Positions 28,062-37,989 of a stretch of 64,000 nucleotides of DNA are shown piece after piece (position 1 is the first letter of the stretch; each line of letters opens with the position of its first letter). The position numbers and the translations under genes were made by a program. Below the pieces are notes generated by a model. The model was not told the DNA's origin. It searched no databases and saw only the letters and a program-made list of their open reading frames with translations. The DNA lies in NCBI GenBank assembly GCA_026991605.1, contig JALXBG010000039.1, positions 9,099-73,098 of the forward strand, read 5' to 3'. This DNA is from Sulfurovum sp. GTDB lineage: Bacteria; Campylobacterota; Campylobacteria; Campylobacterales; Sulfurovaceae.

Positions 28062-29631
28062 TTTTAGAATAATACTTTTTGCTTTTGCACTCATTTTTGG
28101 AATAGTTTTTTCTATTCCTTCATTGACACAAAGTGAACAAGGCAAAAAAATAACTTTGGGGCTTGACCTTCAAGGTGGATTGCATATGCTTTTGGGTATC
28201 AAAAGTGAAGTAGCCATAGAATCGCGTATTAAATCTATGGCAGCATCCGTGAAATATATGTTCGATGATGAAGATATAATTTTTGATGACCTTCGTATGG
28301 TAGATGGTAAAAAAATTGTCTTTGAATTGTTAGACAAAGATGATGTAGCCAAAGCCAAAAAACTTCTTAAAGATGGGATAGACGGTACTGTGCTAAGTGA
28401 AGATGGTTTAAAGTTTTCACTTAGTATGACCGATGCTGAGGTAGCACGTACAAAGTCAAGTGCTGTCAAACAAGCCGTGGATACCATTAGAAACAGACTC
28501 AACGAGTTTGGTTTGGCAGAACCAACGGTAGCAAAACAGGGTACAGATAAAATCCTTGTTGAGGTACCAGGTATCAAAACGCAAGCAGATGAACAGCGTA
28601 TTCGCGAACTCATCGCACGTGCTGCACACTTGCAACTTATGGCTGTCGATGAAGATAGAGATGCGCGTGTAAGTACTATGTCGGTACAAGAGGCAAAGAG
28701 TTATGGAGATGTTATCTTGCCAGATGTCAATACCCCAAACAGAAAGTATCTACTTCGTGCTATTCCTGTACTTGATGGTTCTATGCTTACCGATGCAAAA
28801 GTTGGATTTGATAAAAACAACCAACCTGTCATTAACTTTACACTAAACGGTCAAGGTGCCAAAATATTTGGTGACTTTACTGGTAAATATGTTGGTAAAC
28901 GTATGGCAGTGGTACTTGATAACAATGTTTATTCTGCACCAGTCATTAATGAACGTATTGGTGGTGGACATGTACAAATTTCTGGAAGATTTAAACTTTC
29001 AGAAGCACATGACTTGGCCATTGCCTTACGTTCAGGTGCACTACTTGCACCTGTGTATGTAATGGAAAAACGCTCTGTAGGTCCTAGCCTTGGAGCAGAT
29101 AACATTAAAGCCAGTATGGAGGCACTTATCTTAGGATTTGTCTTGGTTGTACTCTTTATGATTTTCTATTATGGTATGGCAGGTGTCATCGCAGATGTAG
29201 CGCTTGTAGGAAACCTTTTCCTTATCTTGGCGATTATGTCTCTATTTGGTGCTACATTGACACTTCCTGGTATGGCAGGTATTGTACTCACCGTTGGTAT
29301 GGCGGTGGATGCGAACGTTATTATTAACGAGCGTATCCGTGAGTTACTCCATGAGGGGAAATCGATTGCGAAATCTGTTGAAGATGGATATGACAAAGCC
29401 TTTACCGCTATTTTAGATGCCAATGTTACCACGTTGATTGCTGCTGTGGCACTTTGGGCGTATGGTACAGGACCACTTAAAGGCTTTGCACTTACTATGG
29501 GTATCGGTATCTTGGCTTCTATGCTGACTGCGATTGTCGGAACACATGGAATTTACCAATGGTTACTTCCTAAAATAAATAAGAACAAACTAGGATTATG
29601 GTTTGGTATTAAAAAGGAGGGAAATAAATAA
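28051..29631 (+). CDS. secD: Protein translocase subunit SecD
   Basis: LGLDLQGG, R.N.FG.AEP, VGPSLG, GMAVDANVII.ERIRE. Confidence 0.97.
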   Translation: MKLNFRIILFAFALIFGIVFSIPSLTQSEQGKKITLGLDLQGGLHMLLGIKSEVAIESRIKSMAASVKYMFDDEDIIFDDLRMVDGKKIVFELLDKDDVAKAKKLLKDGIDGTVLSEDGLKFSLSMTDAEVARTKSSAVKQAVDTIRNRLNEFGLAEPTVAKQGTDKILVEVPGIKTQADEQRIRELIARAAHLQLMAVDEDRDARVSTMSVQEAKSYGDVILPDVNTPNRKYLLRAIPVLDGSMLTDAKVGFDKNNQPVINFTLNGQGAKIFGDFTGKYVGKRMAVVLDNNVYSAPVINERIGGGHVQISGRFKLSEAHDLAIALRSGALLAPVYVMEKRSVGPSLGADNIKASMEALILGFVLVVLFMIFYYGMAGVIADVALVGNLFLILAIMSLFGATLTLPGMAGIVLTVGMAVDANVIINERIRELLHEGKSIAKSVEDGYDKAFTAILDANVTTLIAAVALWAYGTGPLKGFALTMGIGILASMLTAIVGTHGIYQWLLPKINKNKLGLWFGIKKEGNK

Positions 29632-30602
29632 TGGAAATTTTTAAATATAAAAAACCTCTCAATCTCATGGCACAAAGTAAACGCTTTGGGCTTGTTTCAT
29701 TGACACTGCTCATACTCTCTATAGGACTTATCGTCACAAAAGGCTTTAACTATGGACTTGACTTCGCAGGTGGAACTTTGGTGCAAGTACATTACAAAGA
29801 AAAAGCACCTATTAAAAAAGTAAGAGATGTCATAGGTAAAGTAAAAGCCTATGAAAGTGCCTCTGTAACATACTTTGGTAATGACAACGAAATCATCATC
29901 CGTACAAAGAAAAGTAGTAAATCATTAGACAAAGATATGGGTGATACAATGAGGGAATTGCTTAAAGGTACTGGTGACTTTGAAGTACGTCGTGTTGATA
30001 TAGTTGGGGCAAAAGTTGGGTCTGAACTACGTGAAAAAGGACTTATGGCAATGTTCTTGTCTATTCTGGGTATTCTTATTTATGTTTCATTTAGATTTGA
30101 GTGGCGTTTTGCCATTGCTTCAGTGATGGCTTTGATGCATGATGTCACTATTGCTATGGGTGCAGTGGTACTCTTTGGTATAGAAGTGAATCTTGATACT
30201 TTGGCAGCCTTACTTACTATACTTGGATACTCATTGAACGATACAATTATTGTCTTTGACCGTATTCGTGAGGGTATTAACACAATTAAAAATCCTGACT
30301 TGGCAAAAATAATTGATGAGTCAGTCACACAGACACTCTCTCGTACAACTCTTACGTCATTGACTACATTCTTTGTTGTCTTGACACTTTTCCTTTTAGG
30401 TGGAGAAATCATCAAAGGCTTTAGTTTCACACTCCTTGTTGGTGTGGTTGTAGGTACGTACTCTTCCATCTTTGTTGCATCACCTATTTTGATGATGTTA
30501 GGTTTCTCTGTTTCTGACTACCGTCTTAAAGCTGCCGAAAAAGCAAAGCGAGAAAAAGAAAAAGAAAAAATGCGTGCTATGTATGAAAATGGTACGATAT
30601 AA
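29631..30602 (+). CDS. secF: Protein translocase subunit SecF
   Basis: GLDFAGG, GYSLNDTIIVFDRIRE, GTYSSIF. Confidence 0.97.
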   Translation: MEIFKYKKPLNLMAQSKRFGLVSLTLLILSIGLIVTKGFNYGLDFAGGTLVQVHYKEKAPIKKVRDVIGKVKAYESASVTYFGNDNEIIIRTKKSSKSLDKDMGDTMRELLKGTGDFEVRRVDIVGAKVGSELREKGLMAMFLSILGILIYVSFRFEWRFAIASVMALMHDVTIAMGAVVLFGIEVNLDTLAALLTILGYSLNDTIIVFDRIREGINTIKNPDLAKIIDESVTQTLSRTTLTSLTTFFVVLTLFLLGGEIIKGFSFTLLVGVVVGTYSSIFVASPILMMLGFSVSDYRLKAAEKAKREKEKEKMRAMYENGTI

Positions 30603-30735
30603 TCTTAAAGCATTCTTTCTTTTCTTGCCAACGGTAAAGCTTTAGTGAGAGGAATTTGCAAGTAGCTTTGCTGCATGCAAAGGAGATAGTAATAAAAAAT
30701 AAATGCGTGCAATGTATGAAAATGGTACAATATAG
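30568..30735 (+). repeat. 35-bp direct repeat of the secF 3' end (30568-30602 and 30701-30735)
   Basis: AAATGCGTGC(T/A)ATGTATGAAAATGGTAC(G/A)ATATA(A/G). Confidence 0.85.
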
Positions 30736-30754
30736 TTTTAATTAAGGAGTTTCA

Positions 30755-31093
30755 ATGAATTGGGGAAAAGTTTTTTATATATTTTTTGCATTGATGTCAC
30801 TTACGACATCAGCAGCATTTTTGTATGAAAATTCAGCAGTAGCACTCTTTATAGCCGGATCAGTAAATGTTATTTCGACACTATTGAAAATTGGTGTACG
30901 TAATATACTCTCTGCAGAACTTCTTGCGGGATCATTGGTAGCAGATTTGCACCTCATTCCTGCATTTTTTGCTTTAAAGTTTTATCATAATGACAAAATA
31001 GCTGTAGGGCTTGTTATTGGTGCTGTGGTAGCGAATGTCTATACGATTGTGGTTTCAATGATAGAGAGTTCGAAAGAAAAAGCGGATTTCTAA
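30755..31093 (+). CDS. Small integral membrane protein (DUF6394-like)
   Basis: LLKIG...ELLA.SLVADLHLIPAF; typical position after secF. Confidence 0.75.
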   Translation: MNWGKVFYIFFALMSLTTSAAFLYENSAVALFIAGSVNVISTLLKIGVRNILSAELLAGSLVADLHLIPAFFALKFYHNDKIAVGLVIGAVVANVYTIVVSMIESSKEKADF

Positions 31094-31154
31094 CAATCCA
31101 CATTAGTTACACAAACTAGATGGTACTTTACGATATTATTTTTAAGGGGAAAGT

Positions 31155-33263
31155 ATGGTAAAGATGCCAACACTTCATGGAGCAGATCCAGAACAAAAAC
31201 GTCGAGATATTAAAGCTTATTTTCAAGCGTGCTACAAACGTTATGAGTCACTTTTTACGCTTGTAAATGACGAGAAGGCGTATGTCCAAAAAGCAGACCC
31301 TCTTCGTCATCCTATACTCTTCTACTATGGGCACACTGCCACTTTTTTTATCAATAAATTTAAACTTTCCAAACTTATCGATGAACGTGTCAATCCTAAA
31401 TTTGAATCACTCTTTGCTGTAGGTGTTGATGAGATGTCCTGGGATGATTTGAATGAAAAGCATTATGATTGGCCGACAGTGAAAGAGACACAGGAGTATA
31501 GAGATAAAGTCTATGATGTAGTCAATACGCTCATAGATACTTTGCCTATTGCCCTTCCTATCACAGATACATCACCTTGGTGGGTAATACTGATGGGGGT
31601 AGAACATGAAAATATTCATCTTGAAACCTCTTCTGTATTGATACGGCAACTTCCACTAGAGTACATACAGGAGCAAGCTGCATGGAAAGAGTGTAAGATT
31701 TACGGGGCAGCACCTAAAAATAAACTGCTTGATGTCAGTGGCTCTAAAGTCCATTTGGGTAAAACCAAAGAGTCAAAACTTTTTGGTTGGGACAATGAAT
31801 ATGGTACATATGATGTAGAACTACCAGATTTTAAAGTGGCAAAATATTTAACTTCTAATGCTGAGTTTCTCGCTTTTGTAGAAGATGGTGGGTATGAAAA
31901 TAATAATTTTTGGTGTAGTGAAGGTAAGGCTTGGAAAGCATATACCCAAGCGAAGTTTCCATTGTTTTGGCGTGAAAAAAAAGGTGAATATACGTTGCGT
32001 ACACTCTCTCGCGAGATAGCCTTACCTCTCTCTTGGCCTGTGGAGGTCAACCATTTAGAGGCCGCAGCTTTTTGTAAATGGAAAAGTACTAAATTGGGCT
32101 TTCCTGTAACACTCCCAACAGAGGGTGAATATATGCGCTTACGTGAAGTGAGTGGTGTGGAACCTTATGTAATATCACAAGATACAAGAAAAATCACGGC
32201 AAACATAAATCTTGAGGAGTATGCCTCTTCTGTGCCTATAGATAGACATGCCCATGGTGATTTTTATGATGTTATAGGCAATGTATGGCAGTGGTCCAAT
32301 ACACCTATGTATCCTTTCGAGGGCTTTAAAGTACATCCTATTTATGATGACTTTACCGTACCTACTTTTGACGGAAAGCATAACCTCATTAATGGTGGTT
32401 CATGGATAAGTTGTGGTAACTTAGCTACTGAGAGAAGCCGTTATGGATTTAGACGACATTTTTATCAGCACGCAGGATTTAGATATATCCAGAGTGAGTA
32501 TGAAGAGAAGGTTACGACAGATTATTACACTACCGACAGTATTATTTCGCAATATTGCCATTTTGGTTGGGGTGAGAATAGACTAGGTGTTGAAAATTAC
32601 CCTGCAAAATGTGCAAATATAGCACTGGAAGTAATGCAAGACAAAAGTAAGAAAAAAGCACTCGATATTGGTTGTGCTATTGGTAGAAGCAGTTTTGAAC
32701 TGGCGCGTGGTTTTGATGAAGTGATTGGTGTGGATTTCTCTGCACGTTTCATACAAGAAGCGGAGACGCTTAAACAAAATGGTGTCTTGCGTTATGCCGT
32801 ACCAACAGAAGGTGAATTATCAGACTTTCATGAAGTGAGCCTTTCTCAGTTTGGTTTGGAAGATATAAAAGAAAAAGTCTCATTTTGGCAGGCAGATGCC
32901 TGTAACCTGAAAGCTATTTATGAAGGATTTGACCTCATTTTTGGTGGGAATCTTATAGACCGTCTCTATGACCCTAAAAAGTTTTTAGATTCATTAGCAT
33001 CCAGATTGAATGAGGAGGGTGTACTTATACTTACTTCCCCTTACACCTGGCAAGAGGAGTCTACGCCCAAAGAGAAGTGGATAGGTGGATATAGACGCGA
33101 TGGTGAAAATATTACAACACTCCAAGGATTAGAAGAGATACTTGGGCGTGACTTTACACTTTTAGAGACAAGAGATGTACCTTTTGTCATTCAAGAGACC
33201 GCACGTAAGCATCAACATACGATTGCCCAAATGACAATATGGCAAAAAGTCTCACATGCATAA
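31155..33263 (+). CDS. ovoA: 5-histidylcysteine sulfoxide synthase / methyltransferase OvoA
   Basis: LRHP..FY.GHT, AVGVDEMSWDD, EHENIHLETSSVLIRQ, FGE-sulfatase domain, FRRHFYQHAGFR, C-terminal SAM domain (DIGCAIGR, NLIDR, SPYTW). Confidence 0.92.
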   Translation: MVKMPTLHGADPEQKRRDIKAYFQACYKRYESLFTLVNDEKAYVQKADPLRHPILFYYGHTATFFINKFKLSKLIDERVNPKFESLFAVGVDEMSWDDLNEKHYDWPTVKETQEYRDKVYDVVNTLIDTLPIALPITDTSPWWVILMGVEHENIHLETSSVLIRQLPLEYIQEQAAWKECKIYGAAPKNKLLDVSGSKVHLGKTKESKLFGWDNEYGTYDVELPDFKVAKYLTSNAEFLAFVEDGGYENNNFWCSEGKAWKAYTQAKFPLFWREKKGEYTLRTLSREIALPLSWPVEVNHLEAAAFCKWKSTKLGFPVTLPTEGEYMRLREVSGVEPYVISQDTRKITANINLEEYASSVPIDRHAHGDFYDVIGNVWQWSNTPMYPFEGFKVHPIYDDFTVPTFDGKHNLINGGSWISCGNLATERSRYGFRRHFYQHAGFRYIQSEYEEKVTTDYYTTDSIISQYCHFGWGENRLGVENYPAKCANIALEVMQDKSKKKALDIGCAIGRSSFELARGFDEVIGVDFSARFIQEAETLKQNGVLRYAVPTEGELSDFHEVSLSQFGLEDIKEKVSFWQADACNLKAIYEGFDLIFGGNLIDRLYDPKKFLDSLASRLNEEGVLILTSPYTWQEESTPKEKWIGGYRRDGENITTLQGLEEILGRDFTLLETRDVPFVIQETARKHQHTIAQMTIWQKVSHA

Positions 33264-34425
33264 AGCAAATATGTTTCAAAGTATCAATCGTCAAGGTACA
33301 TATACAACGAAGTATGATGATGCCCAAAAGAAGTTTGGTACGGATGATTTACTCCCTTTATGGGTGGCAGATATGGATTTGGCATCTCCTATGTGTGTAC
33401 AAGAAACCTTAGCCAAGCGTGCAGCACATCCACTCTATGGGTATACGGTTTATCCTCCGCGTTATTATGATGCTATACAAAACTGGATACAGAAGCGTTT
33501 TGGTTGGAGCGTAGAAAAAGAGTGGATAGTACCTTGTTATGGCGTGGTACCTTCTTTGAATTTTGCTATTCATGCATATACGAAAGAGGGTGATGCGATT
33601 ATTGTTCAAACACCACTCTATCCTCCTTTTGTCTCTTCTGTAAAACATAAAAAGAGAAAAGTTTTGGACAATACCTTGGTCTATGATAATGGTACCTACC
33701 ATATAGACTTTGAAGACTTTGAAGCTAAAGCCAAAGAGGCAACACTTTTTTTACTCTGCTCTCCACACAACCCAACATCTCGTGCATGGGACAAGGAAGA
33801 GTTAGAGAGACTGATAGAGATTTGTTTACAAGAAAATGTACTTATCGTTGCGGATGAGATACATGCAGATGTTGTTTATGAGAAGTTACATCATAGTATT
33901 GGCAGTTTTGAAAAAATGATGCACAAATGTGTTGTACTCAATGCGCCTTCAAAAATATTTAATATTGCAGGGCTAAATACCTCGTATGCCATTATCCCCG
34001 ATACTAGATTGAGACACAAATACATTCTTGAACAAGACAAATCAGGTATCACCAATGGAAATCCATTTGGTATAGAAGCCTTGATGTCTGCGTATGAAGA
34101 GGGTGATGCGTGGCTAGATGCCTTAAAAGTACATCTTCAAGAGAATATCAGGTATGTCAAAACCTTTTTAGACACACATGGTTTGCCTATAAAAGTAGTG
34201 CCAACAGAAGCGACATTTTTAATGTGGTTAAACTGCCGTAATATGGGTTTAAGTCATGAAGAGTTAACTCATTTCTTTTACTATAAAGCCAAATTAGGGT
34301 TAAATGACGGCATGAGTTTTGGTGGAACAGGAGAAGGTTTTATGCGTTTAAATATAGGAACAGGCAAAGAAGTGTTGGCACTTGCTATGCAACAACTGCT
34401 AGATGCCTTTGAAGCAAACGTATGA
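33256..34425 (+). CDS. PLP-dependent C-S lyase, PatB/MalY family (OvoB candidate)
   Basis: PLWVADMD, CSPHNP, DEIH, SK.FNIAGL, RLN.G. Confidence 0.9.
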   Translation: MHKANMFQSINRQGTYTTKYDDAQKKFGTDDLLPLWVADMDLASPMCVQETLAKRAAHPLYGYTVYPPRYYDAIQNWIQKRFGWSVEKEWIVPCYGVVPSLNFAIHAYTKEGDAIIVQTPLYPPFVSSVKHKKRKVLDNTLVYDNGTYHIDFEDFEAKAKEATLFLLCSPHNPTSRAWDKEELERLIEICLQENVLIVADEIHADVVYEKLHHSIGSFEKMMHKCVVLNAPSKIFNIAGLNTSYAIIPDTRLRHKYILEQDKSGITNGNPFGIEALMSAYEEGDAWLDALKVHLQENIRYVKTFLDTHGLPIKVVPTEATFLMWLNCRNMGLSHEELTHFFYYKAKLGLNDGMSFGGTGEGFMRLNIGTGKEVLALAMQQLLDAFEANV

Positions 34426-36143
34426 GAATACTTTTTGTTTACCTCATCGCCTCTCTTTGGCTCTTTGCTTTACCAGCAAGTATCAATCAGCTTATTGCCA
34501 AATCGGGTATTTCAAAAAGAGATATCAGTATCTATATTAAAGAAGCTGGAGATGGTGGCAAAGTCGTTGCTTCACTCAATGCCAACAAAACACGTACACC
34601 CGCTTCAGTCATTAAAGTTTTAAGTACCTATGCAGCTGTGCTTAAACTAGGATTTAATTATCGTTGGCAGACTAAGTTTTATACGACCGGTACGTTAAGT
34701 CATGGTGTCTTGCGTGGGGATTTACTTATCAAAGGTTTTGGCGATCCTACACTCAATGGGGAAGATCTTGAGAAAATCATCTCCTACATAAAAGCAGAGG
34801 GTATTCGCAAAATTCAGGGTGATATTGTCATAGATAGAAGCTATTTTAAAGTAGGAAACAGAGACAGTTCAGGATTTGATGAACACCCTTACAGTGCTTA
34901 CAATGCTATGCCTGATGCTATGATGTTTAATGAACGTGTTATTACAGTATGTGTTGAACCGAAAAAAAATAGCGTCTATAAAAAACATGCTGATGGGAGT
35001 TACAAAATCATCAACCGACTTCAACGTGTCAACAAACCTTGTCGAGGGCGTTACTCTTGGCCAGGGGTGAAAGTAGATAAAAGTGATGTTATGCCTACAG
35101 TTATCCTCAAAGGTAAAATCTCAAAACACTGTGGGAAAAGAAATGTATGTAAAGTGCTTACGAAGCCTTACAAATCTTTTTACTATGCGCTGAAAGATAG
35201 CTTGAAACAAGAAGGTATCTCTGTTTCAGGGAGATTAAAATTAAGAAAGATACCTGCAGATGCTACAGAGCTTTTTACCTATTATTCTGATTCACTAGAG
35301 AAAATCATCTCTAAAACGGCAAAAAAATCAAATAATCTTTATGCAAGACATATATTTTTACTTTTAGGTGCCAAGGTTTATGGGGCACCTGCAACGTTAC
35401 AAAAAAGTAGAGATGCAGTCATAAAAATACTCTCTTCTAAAGGTGCTTTAGGTACAGGAGTACTTCGTATCGATAATGGATGCGGTCTCTCACGTGTTGC
35501 CAAGCTTAATGCACATCTACTTGCAAGTATGTTAGACAATGCCTATAATCGATATGGACAACGTTGGATGAATACTCTCTCTATAGCAGGTGTAGATGGT
35601 ACCATCAAACGACGTTTTAGAGGGACAGTAGTACGTAACAGAGCATGGATGAAAACAGGTACACTAAGACGGGTGAAAAACATAGCAGGGTATGTAAAAA
35701 ATAGAGCGGGTAAACGATACACAGTTGTTATTTTAGTCAACAGTACAAAAGCAAAATACCGTGGAGCGAAACTTCAAAATGAGATTATAAAATGGCTCGT
35801 TCAGGGTGCTGCAAAACCTTCACCTAGATCAAAGACAAAACTGATTGTTGCAAACAAGCATAAAAAAATACATAAGTCAGTCAAACATAAAACAGTAAAA
35901 CAAAAAAGTCATGTTAAAGTAGCTAAGAGACAATACTACTATGTACAAGTAGGCTCATTTAAGTTAAAACCCAGTAAAGCATACACAAAAAAGATAAGCA
36001 GACTAGGGTTACCTTATACAGTGAAGAAGAGTAGGATATATAAGGTGCTGATAGGACCCTATAAAAAAGAATCAACAGCACGAAGGATTTTAGTGAAAGT
36101 AAAACAGAAACTAAATAAAAGTGCTTTTATCAGTAAACAATAA
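34422..36143 (+). CDS. dacB: D-Ala-D-Ala carboxypeptidase/endopeptidase (PBP4) with C-terminal SPOR domain
   Basis: PASVIK, GDPTL, SNN, KTGTL; YYVQVGSF..V.IGPY SPOR. Confidence 0.9.
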   Translation: MRILFVYLIASLWLFALPASINQLIAKSGISKRDISIYIKEAGDGGKVVASLNANKTRTPASVIKVLSTYAAVLKLGFNYRWQTKFYTTGTLSHGVLRGDLLIKGFGDPTLNGEDLEKIISYIKAEGIRKIQGDIVIDRSYFKVGNRDSSGFDEHPYSAYNAMPDAMMFNERVITVCVEPKKNSVYKKHADGSYKIINRLQRVNKPCRGRYSWPGVKVDKSDVMPTVILKGKISKHCGKRNVCKVLTKPYKSFYYALKDSLKQEGISVSGRLKLRKIPADATELFTYYSDSLEKIISKTAKKSNNLYARHIFLLLGAKVYGAPATLQKSRDAVIKILSSKGALGTGVLRIDNGCGLSRVAKLNAHLLASMLDNAYNRYGQRWMNTLSIAGVDGTIKRRFRGTVVRNRAWMKTGTLRRVKNIAGYVKNRAGKRYTVVILVNSTKAKYRGAKLQNEIIKWLVQGAAKPSPRSKTKLIVANKHKKIHKSVKHKTVKQKSHVKVAKRQYYYVQVGSFKLKPSKAYTKKISRLGLPYTVKKSRIYKVLIGPYKKESTARRILVKVKQKLNKSAFISKQ

Positions 36144-36189
36144 TAATTTACCCCAAATTCGCTATAATTCCTAAAAAATTAGGGCAACT

Positions 36190-37314
36190 ATGAACTTCGA
36201 AACATACCCTTTTGAGAAACTCAATACCTTACTGCAAGATATCAGCCCGAACAGTGCGTACACGCCTCTCTCTTTAACCATAGGTGAGCCGCAGTTTGCT
36301 ACACCACAGTTTATACTCGATGCATTGAACACATATGCTCCACTGTTAAACAAATATCCTAAAACAGCAGGCGAAGCAGTACTTCGTGAAGCGATGCTAA
36401 AGTACAATAAAGAGCGCTTTGGTTTAACTCTAGACAATAATCAAATTATTCCAACATTTGGAACACGAGAAGTCCTTTTTAACTTTCCTCAATTTTTACT
36501 CCACGATGTAAAAGACCCCGTGATGGTTTTTCCTAATCCTTTTTATCAAATCTATGAGGGAGCAGCCAAAGCCTGTAGAGCAGAGGTAATCTATCTTAAC
36601 TTGAATGAGAAGAATCACTTTCAACCAGAAGTAGATGAAGAGGCACTAAGTAGAGCAGACTTCGTGATACTTAATTCTCCGAATAATCCAACATCTTCAG
36701 TGATGCTTATGGATGATTTGAAAAAATGGGTTAAACTTGCACTCAAGCATGATTTTGTACTTTTAAATGATGAGTGTTATGCTGACCTGTATTTGAATGA
36801 GCCTCTTCCTTCACTACTCAATGCCAGTATAGAAGTAGGTAATACAGAGTTTAAAAATATCTTGGTCATCAACTCTGTATCGAAACGTTCATCCGCACCA
36901 GGTTTACGTTCAGGGTTTATTGCTGGTGATGCGAAGATATTGAAAGACTACATGGTGTATCGCACTTATGTTGGCTGTGCTTCACCTCTTCCTCTGCAAC
37001 ACGCAGCTGCAGTAGCATGGGCAGACCAAGCGCATGTGGCTGTGTTTAGAGACAAATACAAAAAGAACTTTGAAGTTGCAAAAGAAGTGCTAAATGTGGA
37101 TGCCCCTGAGGCTACTTTTTACATTTGGCTAAAAGTAGGTGATGAGATAGCCTTTACTATAAAACTCTACAAAGAGTATAATCTCAAAGTCATCCCTGGT
37201 TCTTACTTGGGACGTGAAGGTGAAGGACAAGGTTACGTAAGACTTGCCCTTGTCTATGAAGCAGATAAAACAAAAGAGGCATTGCAACGCATAGCGCGTT
37301 GCTTGGAAAAATAG
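36190..37314 (+). CDS. dapC: Succinyldiaminopimelate transaminase
   Basis: YPFEKL, IGEP, GTRE.LF, NPFYQIYEGA, DECY, SKRSSAPGLRSG. Confidence 0.88.
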   Translation: MNFETYPFEKLNTLLQDISPNSAYTPLSLTIGEPQFATPQFILDALNTYAPLLNKYPKTAGEAVLREAMLKYNKERFGLTLDNNQIIPTFGTREVLFNFPQFLLHDVKDPVMVFPNPFYQIYEGAAKACRAEVIYLNLNEKNHFQPEVDEEALSRADFVILNSPNNPTSSVMLMDDLKKWVKLALKHDFVLLNDECYADLYLNEPLPSLLNASIEVGNTEFKNILVINSVSKRSSAPGLRSGFIAGDAKILKDYMVYRTYVGCASPLPLQHAAAVAWADQAHVAVFRDKYKKNFEVAKEVLNVDAPEATFYIWLKVGDEIAFTIKLYKEYNLKVIPGSYLGREGEGQGYVRLALVYEADKTKEALQRIARCLEK

Positions 37315-37320
37315 AAGTCA

Positions 37321-37364
37321 CCACACTTACGCTTTAGCGACGGTGGTATCGGCATTTAGTGCCA
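37321..37364. repeat. GC-rich intergenic hairpin pair (REP-like)
   Basis: CCAC..CGCT-TT-AGCG..GTGG followed by GGCA-TTTAG-TGCC. Confidence 0.3.
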
Positions 37365-37389
37365 GAAAAGAATGTTTGGAGAACAACTA

Positions 37390-37989
37390 ATGCAAAGCCC
37401 AGAAATACACGTAGAAGAATTGAAAAAAGACCCTGAATTTTTAGCTAATATTAAAAGATTGGAAGAAGAGTGCAAAGCAGAGCAAAGCATTGCAAAAGGG
37501 TATCAACTTTTAGATGCACAACTTATCATAGAAGCACCCGAAGATGAGATCAATGAAATCTTTACGTTCATTGTAAACAATGCTTTTGATAGACTCGCAC
37601 AAAAACTCACTGACTCTCAAAACTTTGATGTGAATGATGCTGAAGATTTGGCAACTGCACGTGCCATCTATGAGCATGGTATACAGCGTTACAGTGAAAA
37701 TGACAAAAAGGGTGCAAAAGAGATATTTTTAGTACTCAACTACACCATAGACAATGCTGATTTAAAAGATGCGATGATGATACATGCTGCAGCAGTTATG
37801 GCGGGACATTCTTTTGAAGACTTTATAGAAAATCTTGTTGATGTAGAAGGAGTGAATGAAAATGATCCTTTGGCATTTTTTATTCAAACATTTTCTCAGC
37901 CTATAGATATTTTGCTTACGATGTTTGCTAAACAGGTAAAGCAGGGTAAAGAAGAGTTGAAAGTATTGGAAGATTCAAAGGATAAATAA
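37390..37989 (+). CDS. Hypothetical acidic helical protein
   Basis: ORF in the dapC-murC run; GGAGA SD favours start MQSPEIH. Confidence 0.75.
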   Translation: MQSPEIHVEELKKDPEFLANIKRLEEECKAEQSIAKGYQLLDAQLIIEAPEDEINEIFTFIVNNAFDRLAQKLTDSQNFDVNDAEDLATARAIYEHGIQRYSENDKKGAKEIFLVLNYTIDNADLKDAMMIHAAAVMAGHSFEDFIENLVDVEGVNENDPLAFFIQTFSQPIDILLTMFAKQVKQGKEELKVLEDSKDK

